A stretch of 64,000 nucleotides of DNA, from contig NC_088855.1 of the NCBI RefSeq assembly GCF_963853765.1, positions 48,918,001 through 48,982,000 of the forward strand. Reading direction: 5' to 3'. How positions within the stretch are numbered: position 1 is the stretch's first letter; the number at the start of each line of letters is the position of its first letter. The translations under genes and the position numbers were made by a program. The notes under the pieces were generated by a model that was given only the letters and a program-made list of their open reading frames with translations, had not been told where the DNA came from and searched no databases. This DNA comes from Magallana gigas (Eukaryota). Below are positions 22,870 through 34,490 of the stretch, piece by piece.

Positions 22870-25800
22870 AGATGGCCCAACTCTTTCTTGCTAGCCGTGT
22901 GATCGTAAACCTTTGGCTAGAGAAGGTAGGCCAACCCAAGATTGCAAGAACAGACGACGGACGGCGTGGTTAGTTAAGAGACTAAGGATAGCATGGCCGG
23001 AAGGAGAAGATGTAGCAGTGTAGAGGTACTTCGATCACGATGACAGCAAGATCCCTGAGTTAACATTGCAAGGGACTGTTTTGAGGAAGATTTTTAAAAA
23101 TTACCAACATTGTGTACAACATAGGGAAAAAGAGATTTGTGACAAAAGGAAACCAGAGGAGCGAGCGTAAAGAGCAGACCCCAAATAAACGTGAGATCAG
23201 AGAATGTCGCCAAGAACCTAAAGCGTTGAACAAACTGTTTAGAAGAGCGACTGGGAACTACTGTGAAAGCATTGATGACAAATGATATCAGATCAGAGCT
23301 ATCAAGACTACGAAGAGCAAAGCTACTGAGGCAGAAGAAAAGGAAAAGAGAGAAGAGCTCTGCAAGATTTGTCAAGAACCTATTCAAATTTACCAAGGAG
23401 CTCCTACGAAAAGAAAGGTCAGGAACACTTTACTGTTCAAAGGAAGAAGTTGAGGAGTATCTACATGAAACACACTCTGACCCGATGAAAGAGGAGCAAT
23501 TATAAGATGTGTCAAACGTTATTTGGGAAATTGTGGGAACTTTTCCGAGTGATCTGGAGAAAAGAAACAATACCAGCATGCTGGAGAGAGGCAGATATGG
23601 CACGCCAAATTCACAAAAGTGGGCTAATCGAAGTTTCACAGTCGATAAACTAAGTTTAATGGTTGTAAACTATAGTTTTCGAACAGAAAAACTATGGTTA
23701 ACGACGATGATCTATACTTTACATCCGTATACCACAGTTAACGCGATCATCTGTTTCAGAAATGTAAAACTATAATTAACACTGAAAACAACAATTTGCG
23801 ATTGAAAGACATAGTTTATCTAATAAATATAAGTTCATGATTAACAACTCTTAACTATAGTTAACGAAGGTAAATAATAATTTTCAGATGGGACTCTATA
23901 TAACAGTATATCAGCAAAATTTATCGTTAATGTTCTTTGCAGACATATCATCTTAGATTATCGTACGTAAACTAGTTTACAACCGTGAAACATAGTTTTA
24001 TAGATAGATGAAACCTATAGTTAACGAATTGTTAACTATAGTTTGCGGTTCGTAAACTATAGTTAACAGTCGGTAAACCTGAATAATCAAATGTGAAACT
24101 TCGTTTAGCTCATTTTTGTGAATTTGGCGTGTCATAGGCAGAGAGGTGTTAGAACTCTAGACAATCAACGATATCTAATACAACTTTGCTAAATGTGTTA
24201 AAAGAATATTCAGGACAGTACTAGCAAAGCTGATAAATACAGAAGGCTGACATAGCAGTGTTCTCCGGATGCATGGAACACACAAGTGTTGAAATCCAGC
24301 TCATTATGGAGAAAAGAATTTTGCAGCAGTAAGAATGGACCTAGTCAACGCCTAAAGATGTGTCCCCAACATGCTGACCGAGTCAGCAATAGAGCTATAC
24401 CATGTACCTGGAGATGTGCAGGAGATTGTCAAGAGTTATTTCGGATGAATACAGATCCGGGTCACTGTTGACGATTTCACCCCATCCAGGCAGAGAATAG
24501 AAAAAGAGATTGTCACCACAGGGTGTACAACCTCCAGTTCTCCAATATCCTGTTTGTAATGGGAATGTGGATACTGACCAGATCTACCAAAAGGGAGACA
24601 AGAGGGCCAAGGATTAAGTCAGGGATCTATCAACCACCAATAAGGACCTTCATGGATAACCTCACAACAACAACTTATATAGTCGTATATAACTCATATA
24701 CAAGCAGGGTGTATTCTGTCAGCTTTGGGAGGTAGCGTTCCGTAAGTACGTTTGAAGTTCAAGCCAAAGAAATCTAAATGTATTAAGGAAGGGCTGTTTC
24801 AACAGACCTGTCAATATGCAAGATCAAGGAAAGGAAATCCAATTAAATGCTTGGGAAGACACAAAGAAGAGGTTAAAAACATGGCTGAAAATAGTTGACG
24901 GCAGTTGGTTACCAGGAAAGTATTAGGCGTGGGTATACCAGCATGGAATCTTGCCAAGACTTATGTGGCTGCTCCTTATATATTAAGTAACCATACTGCT
25001 ACAGTTGAGGCCATGGAAAGGAAAGCGAGTGGGTATCTGAGGAAATGGCTTTGATTCCCATCATCGATTGGAATTTACGGCATCTCAACCAAATGAGGCA
25101 TACCAGTATCCACAGTGGTGGAGGAGTTCAAGGTTACAAATGTCCATTTGGTAATGGTTTAAGAGACTCGGCAAATGACAGGGCTGCTTGAGCAGGGATC
25201 CAGACAAGGACAGGAGGAAAGTGGTCAGCAAAAACATCAGTGGACCAAGCAGAGATTATGCGTCACTTACGATATATCATCGGAAACACAAGACTTGCAA
25301 GACGAGGCTTGGGACTGTCACATTTCCAGCAGTGGTCTAAAATATCAGCAGCAGAGAGGCGCACTATGGATCAGGCAGAAGTAAGGCGCACAGAGGATGA
25401 TCAAAGGAAAGCATGAGCTATTGAACTTGGAAAACAAGGGGTCTGGATAAAGTGGAACATGTGAGAGCGGGAGTTAACCCGGGCGGAACTGTGGAGGAAA
25501 GACCAGTTCAGGATATCGTTCCTCGTGTGGTCAGTATATGACGCACTAAAATCTTCGGTAAACTTGCAACAGTGGGGACTAAGTGAAGACTCAAACTGTA
25601 AGCTGTGTGGAAAGAGAAGGACCATGGCGCATGTTCTATCAGGGTGCCAAGTAGTCTGACTCAGGGGAGATATAGATGGCGATATGATAAACTCCTGCGG
25701 GAGTTGGTTGATATGCTGGAAGTGGAGAGGAAACGGTAACGACCATCAGACTCGAAGCAAAGACAGGTACAATTTGGGAGACGGTGAATCTACAGCTGAC

Positions 25801-25965
25801 ACAAGTGGCATAACCGTACATCATTGCTGGACAGAGGAAATGACAGGGACTCAGAGTGGATCTAAATAAAAAGTTAGCTTTCTCTAACTTCGTAGAAACT
25901 AACCTAAGACCAGATACAGTGGTAGTCTCCCAGAAGTCGAAGACACTAGTCGGAATTGACTTCTA
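22870..25965 (+). mobile_element. Decayed non-LTR retrotransposon with restriction-like endonuclease (Hero-like clade)
   Basis: Frame-broken motifs ELSRLRRA..F..N.FKFTKELL..ERSG.L.CSKEEVEEYL, FSGCMEHTS, MDLVNA, PPIRTFMDNL (24649-24660, decayed FMDD), YQHGILPRLMW, CKLCG..TMAHVLSGC (CCHC, ~25597), GRYRWRYD, LRPDTVVVS (PD at 25910-25915). Clade assignment is from motif recall. Confidence 0.85.
23596..24136. mobile_element. 541-bp non-autonomous DNA transposon nested in the LINE; 45-bp TIRs, 6-bp TSD GGCAGA, TAT..ATA termini (IS3EU-like)
   Basis: TIRs 23596-23640 and 24092-24136 differ at 4 of 45 positions; GGCAGA at 23590-23595 and 24137-24142; removing the element plus one TSD restores LINE codons TGG AGA GAG GCA GAG (WREAE). 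Confidence 0.88.
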
Positions 25966-26559
25966 CGGCTTCAATATACAAGTTAATCAATTCTTTGTAA
26001 AATTTAATTTTATTCCTTTTTCAAAAATGTAAATCTTTCCTTTAATTTACTCAAAGCAGGAAAACCTGGGTATCGCAAATTTTGATCCTTTCAGAACCCG
26101 TAAATTTCAACAGTGTTTCTTCGACCTTTGAGCAATTTAGTTTATCGATCATTAAGAAAATATAACTTGTGGGGTTTTTTAGGAAAGGGACTGAAATTTG
26201 AACATAATCGGCACAAGTTTTCGGACGTTTTGTACATCGAATTTCAAAGTCACGTGAAAAGGTCAACAGTCGTATATTATGAGTTTTTTTAGGATTTTTA
26301 TTAATTTCACTTATGTAGAATACATAATCTTTAAAGCTTAATTTAAATTCGCAGTCAAATTTTCATTATTTTGGTATCTACACCTGAATCAATAACGTAG
26401 GTAGTTATGATCATAATGATCTTCTTCATTTTTTAAACTTCTTTTTAGTGACCTATTAAACGTAGTGTTGGAAAATTTTGCAGAAGCAATATTTCAACTT
26501 TACGTTACATCCGAATTTACGGTAATATACCAGTTAGAATATATTTATAGAATATGTTT

Positions 26560-27140
26560 ATAATTAAATTCGAGATCATCGCACACCCTTTGCCTCGGTA
26601 TGGCAAATGGGAAAACATAAGGTCCAGACAAGGATTATACGCAGTATGTTATGACCTTGACATTGACGAAGAAACTTGGTACAGGGTCACTGCAGGCAAT
26701 CATTTGGTAAAGTGTGGTCCATGGAGAGAAAATATTGTTCGACAGGGATTTTTCTCAGATATCTCTATTACCTTGTACCTAGAAGCTGTATTCAAGCTTA
26801 TCTACAAGCAGTCCTTGGTAATGTTCAAGCAATACATGTATTAGGTTAAGATAAATAAATTTTAGTCAAAAACTTGATTTCAAATGTGTTTTGATCTTTT
26901 TTCTAAAACAAATTCAATGGCATTACACACCCTAATACAAAGACAATCTCTAAGTGAACTATAATCCACACTGGGTCAAGGTGAGAGATATGGCCCAACA
27001 ATTATTTTGCACTGTACTACGACCTTAACCTTTGATCTAGAAACTTGATTCAGTGTTTCTTCATTAAAAGGCACTCTGTGGTTGAAGTAGGATCCAGATT
27101 GGGAAAAGGAAAATTTATATGCTGCTCCAGACAAGTGAAG
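26560..27140 (+). repeat. Degenerate monomers of a second satellite-like (HINE-borne type) repeat
   Basis: Recurring GACCTT(G/A)AC(A/C)TT..AGAAACTTG and GGCACTCTGTGGTTGAAGTA..CCAGATTGGG motifs, also present at 35690-35945. Confidence 0.5.
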
Positions 27141-27639
27141 CCAAACTGATACAGCACTGGGTCCTTTATGGTAAGATGTTTGTGTGAAGTTCTAGTCTTT
27201 AGTGATGGTATGCGTTGTGTCAAAGCGAAACAATCTAGAAGTATCGAAAATAGAAAACTACTTTTGACAACCCACATCGAGAGGCATCAAGGGATAGTAT
27301 TTCGCGTTGGATTATATTACCTTTATCATCTAAAGCTGGCATTAAAACTAGCAAGTTTTCTGGCCATAGCGCTGCAGCAAGTGCATTTTCGCGTTATACG
27401 GGTTTATAAGTTGACAATATCTTCCTTTCTGATTTAATTTATTTTTAACAAATTAACTTTACATGACTATTATAAATATCAAACATAGGTAATCACAGAT
27501 TACAAAGCTCAGCGAGACGAGGCATCACCCTTATGAGACTTCACCTTTATGAGACCACCTTTATCATATTAAATGAAAATCATACTTTATGATCTTGGAT
27601 ATTCATGGATTCTGTTTTGACACAATATCGTATATCATC

Positions 27640-28630
27640 TGTTAAAAAATTGTATGATAATCATATGTTCATATGTTAATCAATACAATAATTTAAAATT
27701 AGATATTGCATCCTATCATATTTACAACATATATCATATAATACAATAAAATACCATAATAAACAATGATGAGATATGATATTGTTAACGTATGATATGA
27801 CATTGTATTGTGTTATACGTTATTGTATTTGATCAAATAATACAATATCATAATATAATAAACAATATAGTATTATATTACAATATCATATTACATAATA
27901 CATCATAACATTGAAACATATGATATTATATTGTATAATATAGTATGATATTGTATGATACTGTATCATTTTTGTTACATAATATGATATTGTATCATAT
28001 TATACAATGTTATTTGATACAACATTGTATCATATCAAATGATACAATATTATGTGATAAAGTAAAATATTATATAATACAATATTATATTATACATATT
28101 ATATCATATGATACAATAATATATTTAACAATATCATACAATACAATTTCATGTGAATCAGATGTGATAATAAATCATATTTTAAACCAATATCATATTA
28201 TACAATATCGTATGATACGATATTATATAATATAACAGTATCATATTATACAATTTCATGTGATATAATTCTATATTTCAGAAACTAATATCATATTATA
28301 CAAAATCGTATGATACAATATTATAGAAAATACAATATAGTATCATAGGATACAATATTATATTTGCAATATCTTATGTAATAGTATCATGTGATTAAAT
28401 AGTAAATTAATAATACAATATAATATTATACAATATTGTATCATAATATACAATACTATACATAACGATATCATGATACAATATCATAACATATCAAAAA
28501 AATTTATACAATATCATATCGTATCATATAACTTTTTATATTACATATGATATTATATTGTATCATATTAAACAATATTGTTTCATACCATACAAAACTA
28601 TATCATAGGAATCATGTTATATCATTTATC
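27640..28630. repeat. AT-rich low-complexity tract with ~5-bp periodic motifs (ATATC/TACAA/TATTA)
   Basis: Directly visible; accounts for the spurious I/Y-rich ORF 27945-28235. Confidence 0.85.
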
Positions 28631-28681
28631 AACAAACACATCTATCTATCGGGCAGGTTTGAGTGAGGTAGGAGATTTCTT

Positions 28682-30085
28682 TAGCATCCTTGATAATGGA
28701 GATCAGGCTCTGCATCTGAAGCAACCTCTGCGTTTCATTTATAATATAGTTAAATCAACTATGCAAGCTATCATCTATAAAACATGTGACATGTTCCAAA
28801 AAAATTAAACCTCATTCAGCATCCGAAACCTATGGCTCAGATTCAGCATTCAAGCCTGTCAGGTGCATCAGTATACATAAGACGCATCTCCATGCAAGTT
28901 TGGTGAAGTTCAGACCAGTAATAACTAAGATATCATCATCAGAGGGCACTAGCAATTAAAACCTTAACCTGCTCCAGCATCTGCAACCTTTGGCTCAGAT
29001 TCAACATCCATGCCTGTCAGGTGTATCTGTATCATAAGACACACCACCCATTCAAGTTTGGTGAAGTTAGGACCTGTAATAACTAAGATATATTTTATAG
29101 CATCCTTGATAATGGAGATCAAGCTCTGCATCTGAACCTTCCTCTGTGATTCATTCATACTACAGTTTAATCAACTATGCAAGTTTGAAAAAGTACTATT
29201 ATCTATTAAACATGTGACCTGTTCCAAAAAACTTAACCATATCCAGCATCTGAAACCTATTGCTCAGACTCAGCATTCAAACCTGTCAGGTGCATCAGTA
29301 TCATAAGACGCACCATCCATGGAAGTCTGGTGAAGTTAGGACAAGTAATAACTAAGATATAATCATCAGAGGGCACCTGTTTAAAAAACTTTAACCAGCT
29401 CTAAAAACCTTAACCTCCTTCAGCATCCGAAACCTATGGCTCAGATTCAGCATTTAAGCCTGTCTGGTGCATCAGTATCATAAGACGCGCCATCCATGCA
29501 AGTCTGGTGAAGTTAGGACAAGTAGTAACTAAGATATAATCATCAGAGGGCACCTGCAACAAAAACTTTAACCAGCTCTATAAACCTTAACCTTGTCCAG
29601 CATCCGAAACCTATAGCTCAGATTCAGCATTCAAGCCTGCCTGGTGCATCAGTATCATAAGACACACCATCCATGCAAGTTTGGTGAAGTACGGACCAGC
29701 AGTAACTTAGATATTGCTATCAAAGGGCACCTGCAACAAAAACTTTAACCAGCTCCAAAAACCTTAACCTCCTCCAGCATCCGCAACCTATAGCTAAGAT
29801 TCAGCACTCAAGCCTGTCTGGTGCATCAGTATCATAAGACACACCATCCATGCAAGTTTGGTGAAGTACAGACCTGCAGTAACTTAGATATTGCTATCAA
29901 AGGGCACCTGCAACAAAAACTTTAACCTGGTCTAACAATCTTAACCTCCTCCAGCATCTGAAATTTAGGACTCAGATTCAGCATCCAAGTCTTTCAAGTC
30001 CATAAGTAGGTCCAGATGCATCATCCATGCAAGTTTGGTGAAGATAGGACAAGTAATAGCTTAGATACAGGACCTGCAACAAAAA
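28682..30085. repeat. Satellite-like tandem array, 177-bp monomer
   Basis: The (C/T)CAGCATC anchor recurs at 29243, 29420, 29597, 29774, 29951 (177-bp steps). The left part is irregular, with a variant block at 28682 and 29098. Confidence 0.93.
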
Positions 30086-30182
30086 CTTTAACCAGGTCCG
30101 GACGCCGACGCCGAGGGTATAGCATAAGCTCCCCCTGACTTCGTCTCGGTGAGCTAAAAAAGGACAATATCATAGCACATGT

Positions 30183-30604
30183 CAGGCACGTAGCATCGTT
30201 TTTGAAAGTGGGGGGGCCAGACCCATCCAAAAAATCTTGACAAGCAAAAAAAAAAAAAAAAAAAAAAAAGGGAATTTAAAGTTTCCAAAAATCTTCAAAA
30301 TCCTAATCCGTGGGGGGGGGGACTCAACTATACTTCAAAAAACAAAATTCTTCCCTCCAAATCATGAAATTCCTAATCCGTGGGGGGGGGGGTTATTCAA
30401 TTTGACTACTCATTTCCTTATTTTCATCTCAATTTTTTACTAACTTCCAAAAAAGTGGGGGGGGGGGGGGGCCCAACTCCATTATAGTTCATTTTTTTAT
30501 ATGTAAATTTTAAAAAATTTGTTGCTGCGAGAAAAAGTGGGGGGGCCAGGCCCCCCCCCCCTGGCCCCCCCCCCCCCCCCCCCCCCCCCGATGCTACGTG
30601 CCTG
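30183..30604. mobile_element. G-tract MITE, perfect 16-bp TIR, 5-bp TSD CATGT (hAT5-like)
   Basis: CAGGCACGTAGCATCG / CGATGCTACGTGCCTG; CATGT at 30178-30182 and 30605-30609. Superfamily assignment is inferred. Confidence 0.88.
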
Positions 30605-30737
30605 CATGTAGGATGGTCAAATGATAATACCTTTGCCAAATTTTATGATAAAAAACGCTTTCGATGAGACGATCTTTTAATCTGCAGTGAGAGAGAAAGA
30701 GTGTGTGTGTGTGTGTGCGCGTGTGTTTTAACATTAC

Positions 30738-31091
30738 TTTTTGTTATACTTTCATGTTAAATACTGAAATCTGATTGGTTAAGGCGCAGTTCATAATACT
30801 TTCTATTACCCTCAGCGTAAGCAACGCACTTAGCAACGGGTAACATTAAAAATTGTTACATGCGCGAAAATTATGCGCGTACGGTTCGCTGTAGAATTCA
30901 CGTTATTCCTATATAAAAGCAGTAAAATTTTCTTTAAAATTAAGACATTCAGTATAACAAAATAAATAGTGCCTGTTTGGGAGAATAACAGTTGAAATTG
31001 ACACCCCGAGAAAACCATTGTCAACCGACGCGAAGCGGAGGTTGACAATGGTTTTCTCTGGGTGTCAATTTCAACTATTACCCTCCCAAAC
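30738..31091 (-). mobile_element. Non-autonomous palindromic (long-hairpin) element, copy 2, with intact ~52-bp hairpin arms
   Basis: Reverse-complement match to 4812-5134; arms GTTTGGGAG..AACCATTGTCAACC / GGTTGACAATGGTT..CTCCCAAAC; apex CGCGAAGCG at 31029-31037. Confidence 0.85.
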
Positions 31092-32102
31092 CGTAATACC
31101 CAACGTTCTTTGGTGCTTCAGTTGTCCATTTCTTAATCTGCGACTTTATCAATCAGTGAACAAGAGGTGGGGGGGGGGGGGGGGGGGTTAAAACATTCCA
31201 ACACTTTTCTCTACCAGTGCTTTTTTTTAATACATTCGATATAGAACACAAACATCTAAAATTGCCATATTATACAAGAAAGTAAAGTCTATTGATGTTT
31301 ATCTGCCAATAAGGAAAGATGGCTAAACTTCAAATCACAAAAATAAAAGAAAATATCCTTATGAAAATCAAAAATTAAAAACGGCTAAATATAGATAATT
31401 CACAAGTGAAAATGAGGCAGAGTATACATAGATTTTACTTAATGAAAACATCTTGGAAAATGATATGTAAAAAATCAGGAAAATAAATACAAACTTGAAA
31501 TGAACAAAATAATGCATAGGTTCTCCAAGGGTGAGCAATAACCTATTTGTTTGCTGTAAAGTTTACATATACATAAGTTTAAATCTTCCACAGTGTTTAC
31601 AAGCATTACAGTAATTATAGATATATACTGTGCCCCTGTACAAGAGCTGTCTTCTATATAAACTTCTCTGTGAGCAGGTACTAGTCATTCTATGTATTAC
31701 CTGTATATCACACTTCAAGTAATAGGTATGCAACAGTTAATTTTTGCAAGCAGGGGCCTTTCGTATTTAAATAATATTTGCTTTATATTTATCATAATGA
31801 ACAAATTTGATTGTTGATTGTGCAATTAACTATATCTTATGAAAGGAAAGATCTCAAATGTAGTTTCTGTAAATGTCCAGTATAGAAGTCTACAAATGCA
31901 AAAAATCTCCCTGTACATAATAGATATGTGAAAACATGTAAAATAAATAAAACAATACGAAAAACAACAAATACATACAATGCAGTAGTAACAGTCTTAA
32001 CAACAAATACTCTTAATTAAAGACTTCTGAGTGTGGCCTTTCAGTAGTTTCCATGCCAAAATACTCTATATCAAAAAATGATAAATGAAATATGACATAT
32101 AA

Positions 32103-32264
32103 CAGTCAAACTTCGTTATCTCAAACTAGATGGGACTGTTTATGTTTATAAAATTCGAGATATTTAGGGAAAAACACTTAAAAAGTAAGTGGTTGGGACT
32201 TACAAATCACTTTGACACATCTTTTGTATTCGAGATATCATTGTTTGAGATATCAGTCAAACTG
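32103..32264. mobile_element. Degenerate Tc1/mariner-pogo-type MITE (CAGT termini)
   Basis: Left end CAGTCAAACTTCGTTATCTCAAAC; degenerate right end GTTTGAGATAT..ACTG followed by TA. Confidence 0.5.
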
Positions 32265-34490
32265 TAATATGAATGATGACTATTTTTAAGCTGAAGAAGA
32301 ATAACCCAAACTTTGATATAGAGCATATGCATTGTGAAATAGTATGATCCTGCATAGAAAGCTAATTTCATAGCCGTTCTCTAACAAAAGGCTGGGTAAT
32401 AAATTTAATAACTTTATCCTGAAATGTTTTTTTTCCCACATTCAGATATAATTGGTTAATGCTTTAGACTTTCTCCTAAACAACTTGTTGTCCTTTTCAT
32501 ATAAAAACTGTGTCCATTTCAATTAAAAGGTAAGATAATATACTTCCTTGCTCTTTTTTTTAAATTCAACATACCTCTATCTCATATATATTAAACAAAG
32601 AATCATAATGATAACTTGGTTACAGAGATTTTGTCGGTAAATGAAGCATTTCGTATAGAGTATGGCATCTAAAAAAATTGCAATAGCCCTCAACTGCAAT
32701 TATTCAACTCGCTCACAAACAAACGCTATGTATTCTGATAAGCATAGGAGTACTTGACCAAATAGGCAATTGTCAAAGACCTTATGATCACATGTGATAC
32801 ATCAGATCCATTGTACTAAACCACCACAGAACTAGACTGCATTTTATAAAGAGAACTTAGGACAAATTAATTCATTAATCAAATTAATTAATGCTAATTA
32901 ATCACAAAATAATGTTTTAATCTAATGCCTGTAAAATATAATTTCAGACATGAAAATAAGTTGTAAATAAATGTTTTCATGTTAATTCAGTTTGTTTAAA
33001 GTGATTCCAGGAGACTGAAAATATTAACAACTTTGCCGTAAGTTCTTTAGTAATATGAACCCTGGATTATATGTGTGTACTAGAACAGAAATGTACTAAA
33101 CCAATTGGTAAGTACTAGATCAAATATATGTATCAGATGAGAGACTAGAAATCTGAGACAGTAATTAAATTTTTTTTACAAAACTCAGTAAGGGAATTTA
33201 TCTGTAAACCATCTCCCATCACCTAAATTCTTGTTTTAATTTACCACAGGAAAACTTGGATCACAATTAAAACCCCATTCCAAAATTCTGATTGAAACAT
33301 GCTGTATCTATCTTGTGATTTGTAAACTGTCATGGATAAAAACTACGTCAGCCAAGATTAACTCAAGATTTATAAATTCAGAGGCAATTCTTTTCAACAA
33401 CAAAACAAATATTACTTTGTCATGATCCATGAATAAACAACAAAGGTCAATTATATAATGCACAAGTGAAAAATTCATCACCAAACAGGAAATAAGGTAG
33501 GGAGGGGGCGAATCCTTAAAGAGGTTTATCTTGTTAGGATTTTTTCTATTTAGAGACACTCACACTCTCAAATATACAAATACAATAAATTGTATTTCTT
33601 AATAAAATCCAACCAGCTATAGATGAAAACTTCTATGGCATGATGAAGTGTGCAAAGACCAATTTTCATCAGAAAATCATTGCTATCAAATAACAAGGTT
33701 CTTGCAGTGGCAAGTAAGGGTAACATAAACAAAATACAATCTAAATGTAATGGGTATAACACGTAATGAATATCACTTCATCTGGAATGGATGTCAACAG
33801 ATACACAAAACTAGTCTAATTCTAATTACAAGGTGGGCAAATATATTAATCAATGTTCAATTCACCTTCAAACAGCACTGATAATTGCAGATGAATAAAT
33901 AAATATAAACAAGCATGAACAAACAAACAAAAAATTTTAAGCACTGGGCACAGTATACTAGTAATTTCCTAAAAAAACAAAGTCATATATTATTGTAATG
34001 TACATGTTTCATATTTTAATCTAATAACTTTTGAAAAGTCAATGCATACTATTTCAATAAAATAATCACATCTATAATGCATGCACTCTTATAAGAAGGA
34101 GCAATAATAATACTATTGATAGTATCATAATAACAGAGTAGTGGTCATTTCAAACATACCTTTTCGTGACCTTATTAACACAGCAGTTTAAAATATAGAC
34201 GTAGCAGAAGTTACAGTTACAAAAGAATTTGAAATAAATGTAATAGTTAATACAATATCAAGAAATGTATCAGTTTTATCAAAGTTTTTAGTTTCAAATG
34301 AATCTTTTCTATCGAACCTTTATGTTGAAATCTATGTCTTATATATTTGCTTTCTGAATAGTAGGAAATCTTCTTTCAATTTTTTATGTAGAATTATTTT
34401 GGTAAAAATGGATTTCTTTGTAACATACAAAAATGGAAACATTATGCTTGCTTGCTTACAGTGTTTTTCAAGAACTGTACAATGTAGAGC

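Larger units (their letters stand above)
27484..30160 (-). mobile_element. HINE (Helentron-associated non-autonomous element) carrying an AT-rich tract and a 177-bp tandem array
   Basis: 5' T-run plus subTIR AGCTCACCGAGACGA (30155-30141) with partial IR hairpin and GGCGTC microrepeat; inverted subTIR AGCTCAGCGAGACGA at 27506-27520; 3' stem-loop GTAATC-ACA-GATTAC (27489-27503) followed by a T-run. Confidence 0.8.

Noticed and set aside
26554-26844. 96-aa ORF
   Set aside because: Overlaps degenerate satellite-like monomers; no recognisable domain.
27945-28235. 96-aa I/Y-rich ORF
   Set aside because: By-product of the AT-rich low-complexity tract inside the HINE.
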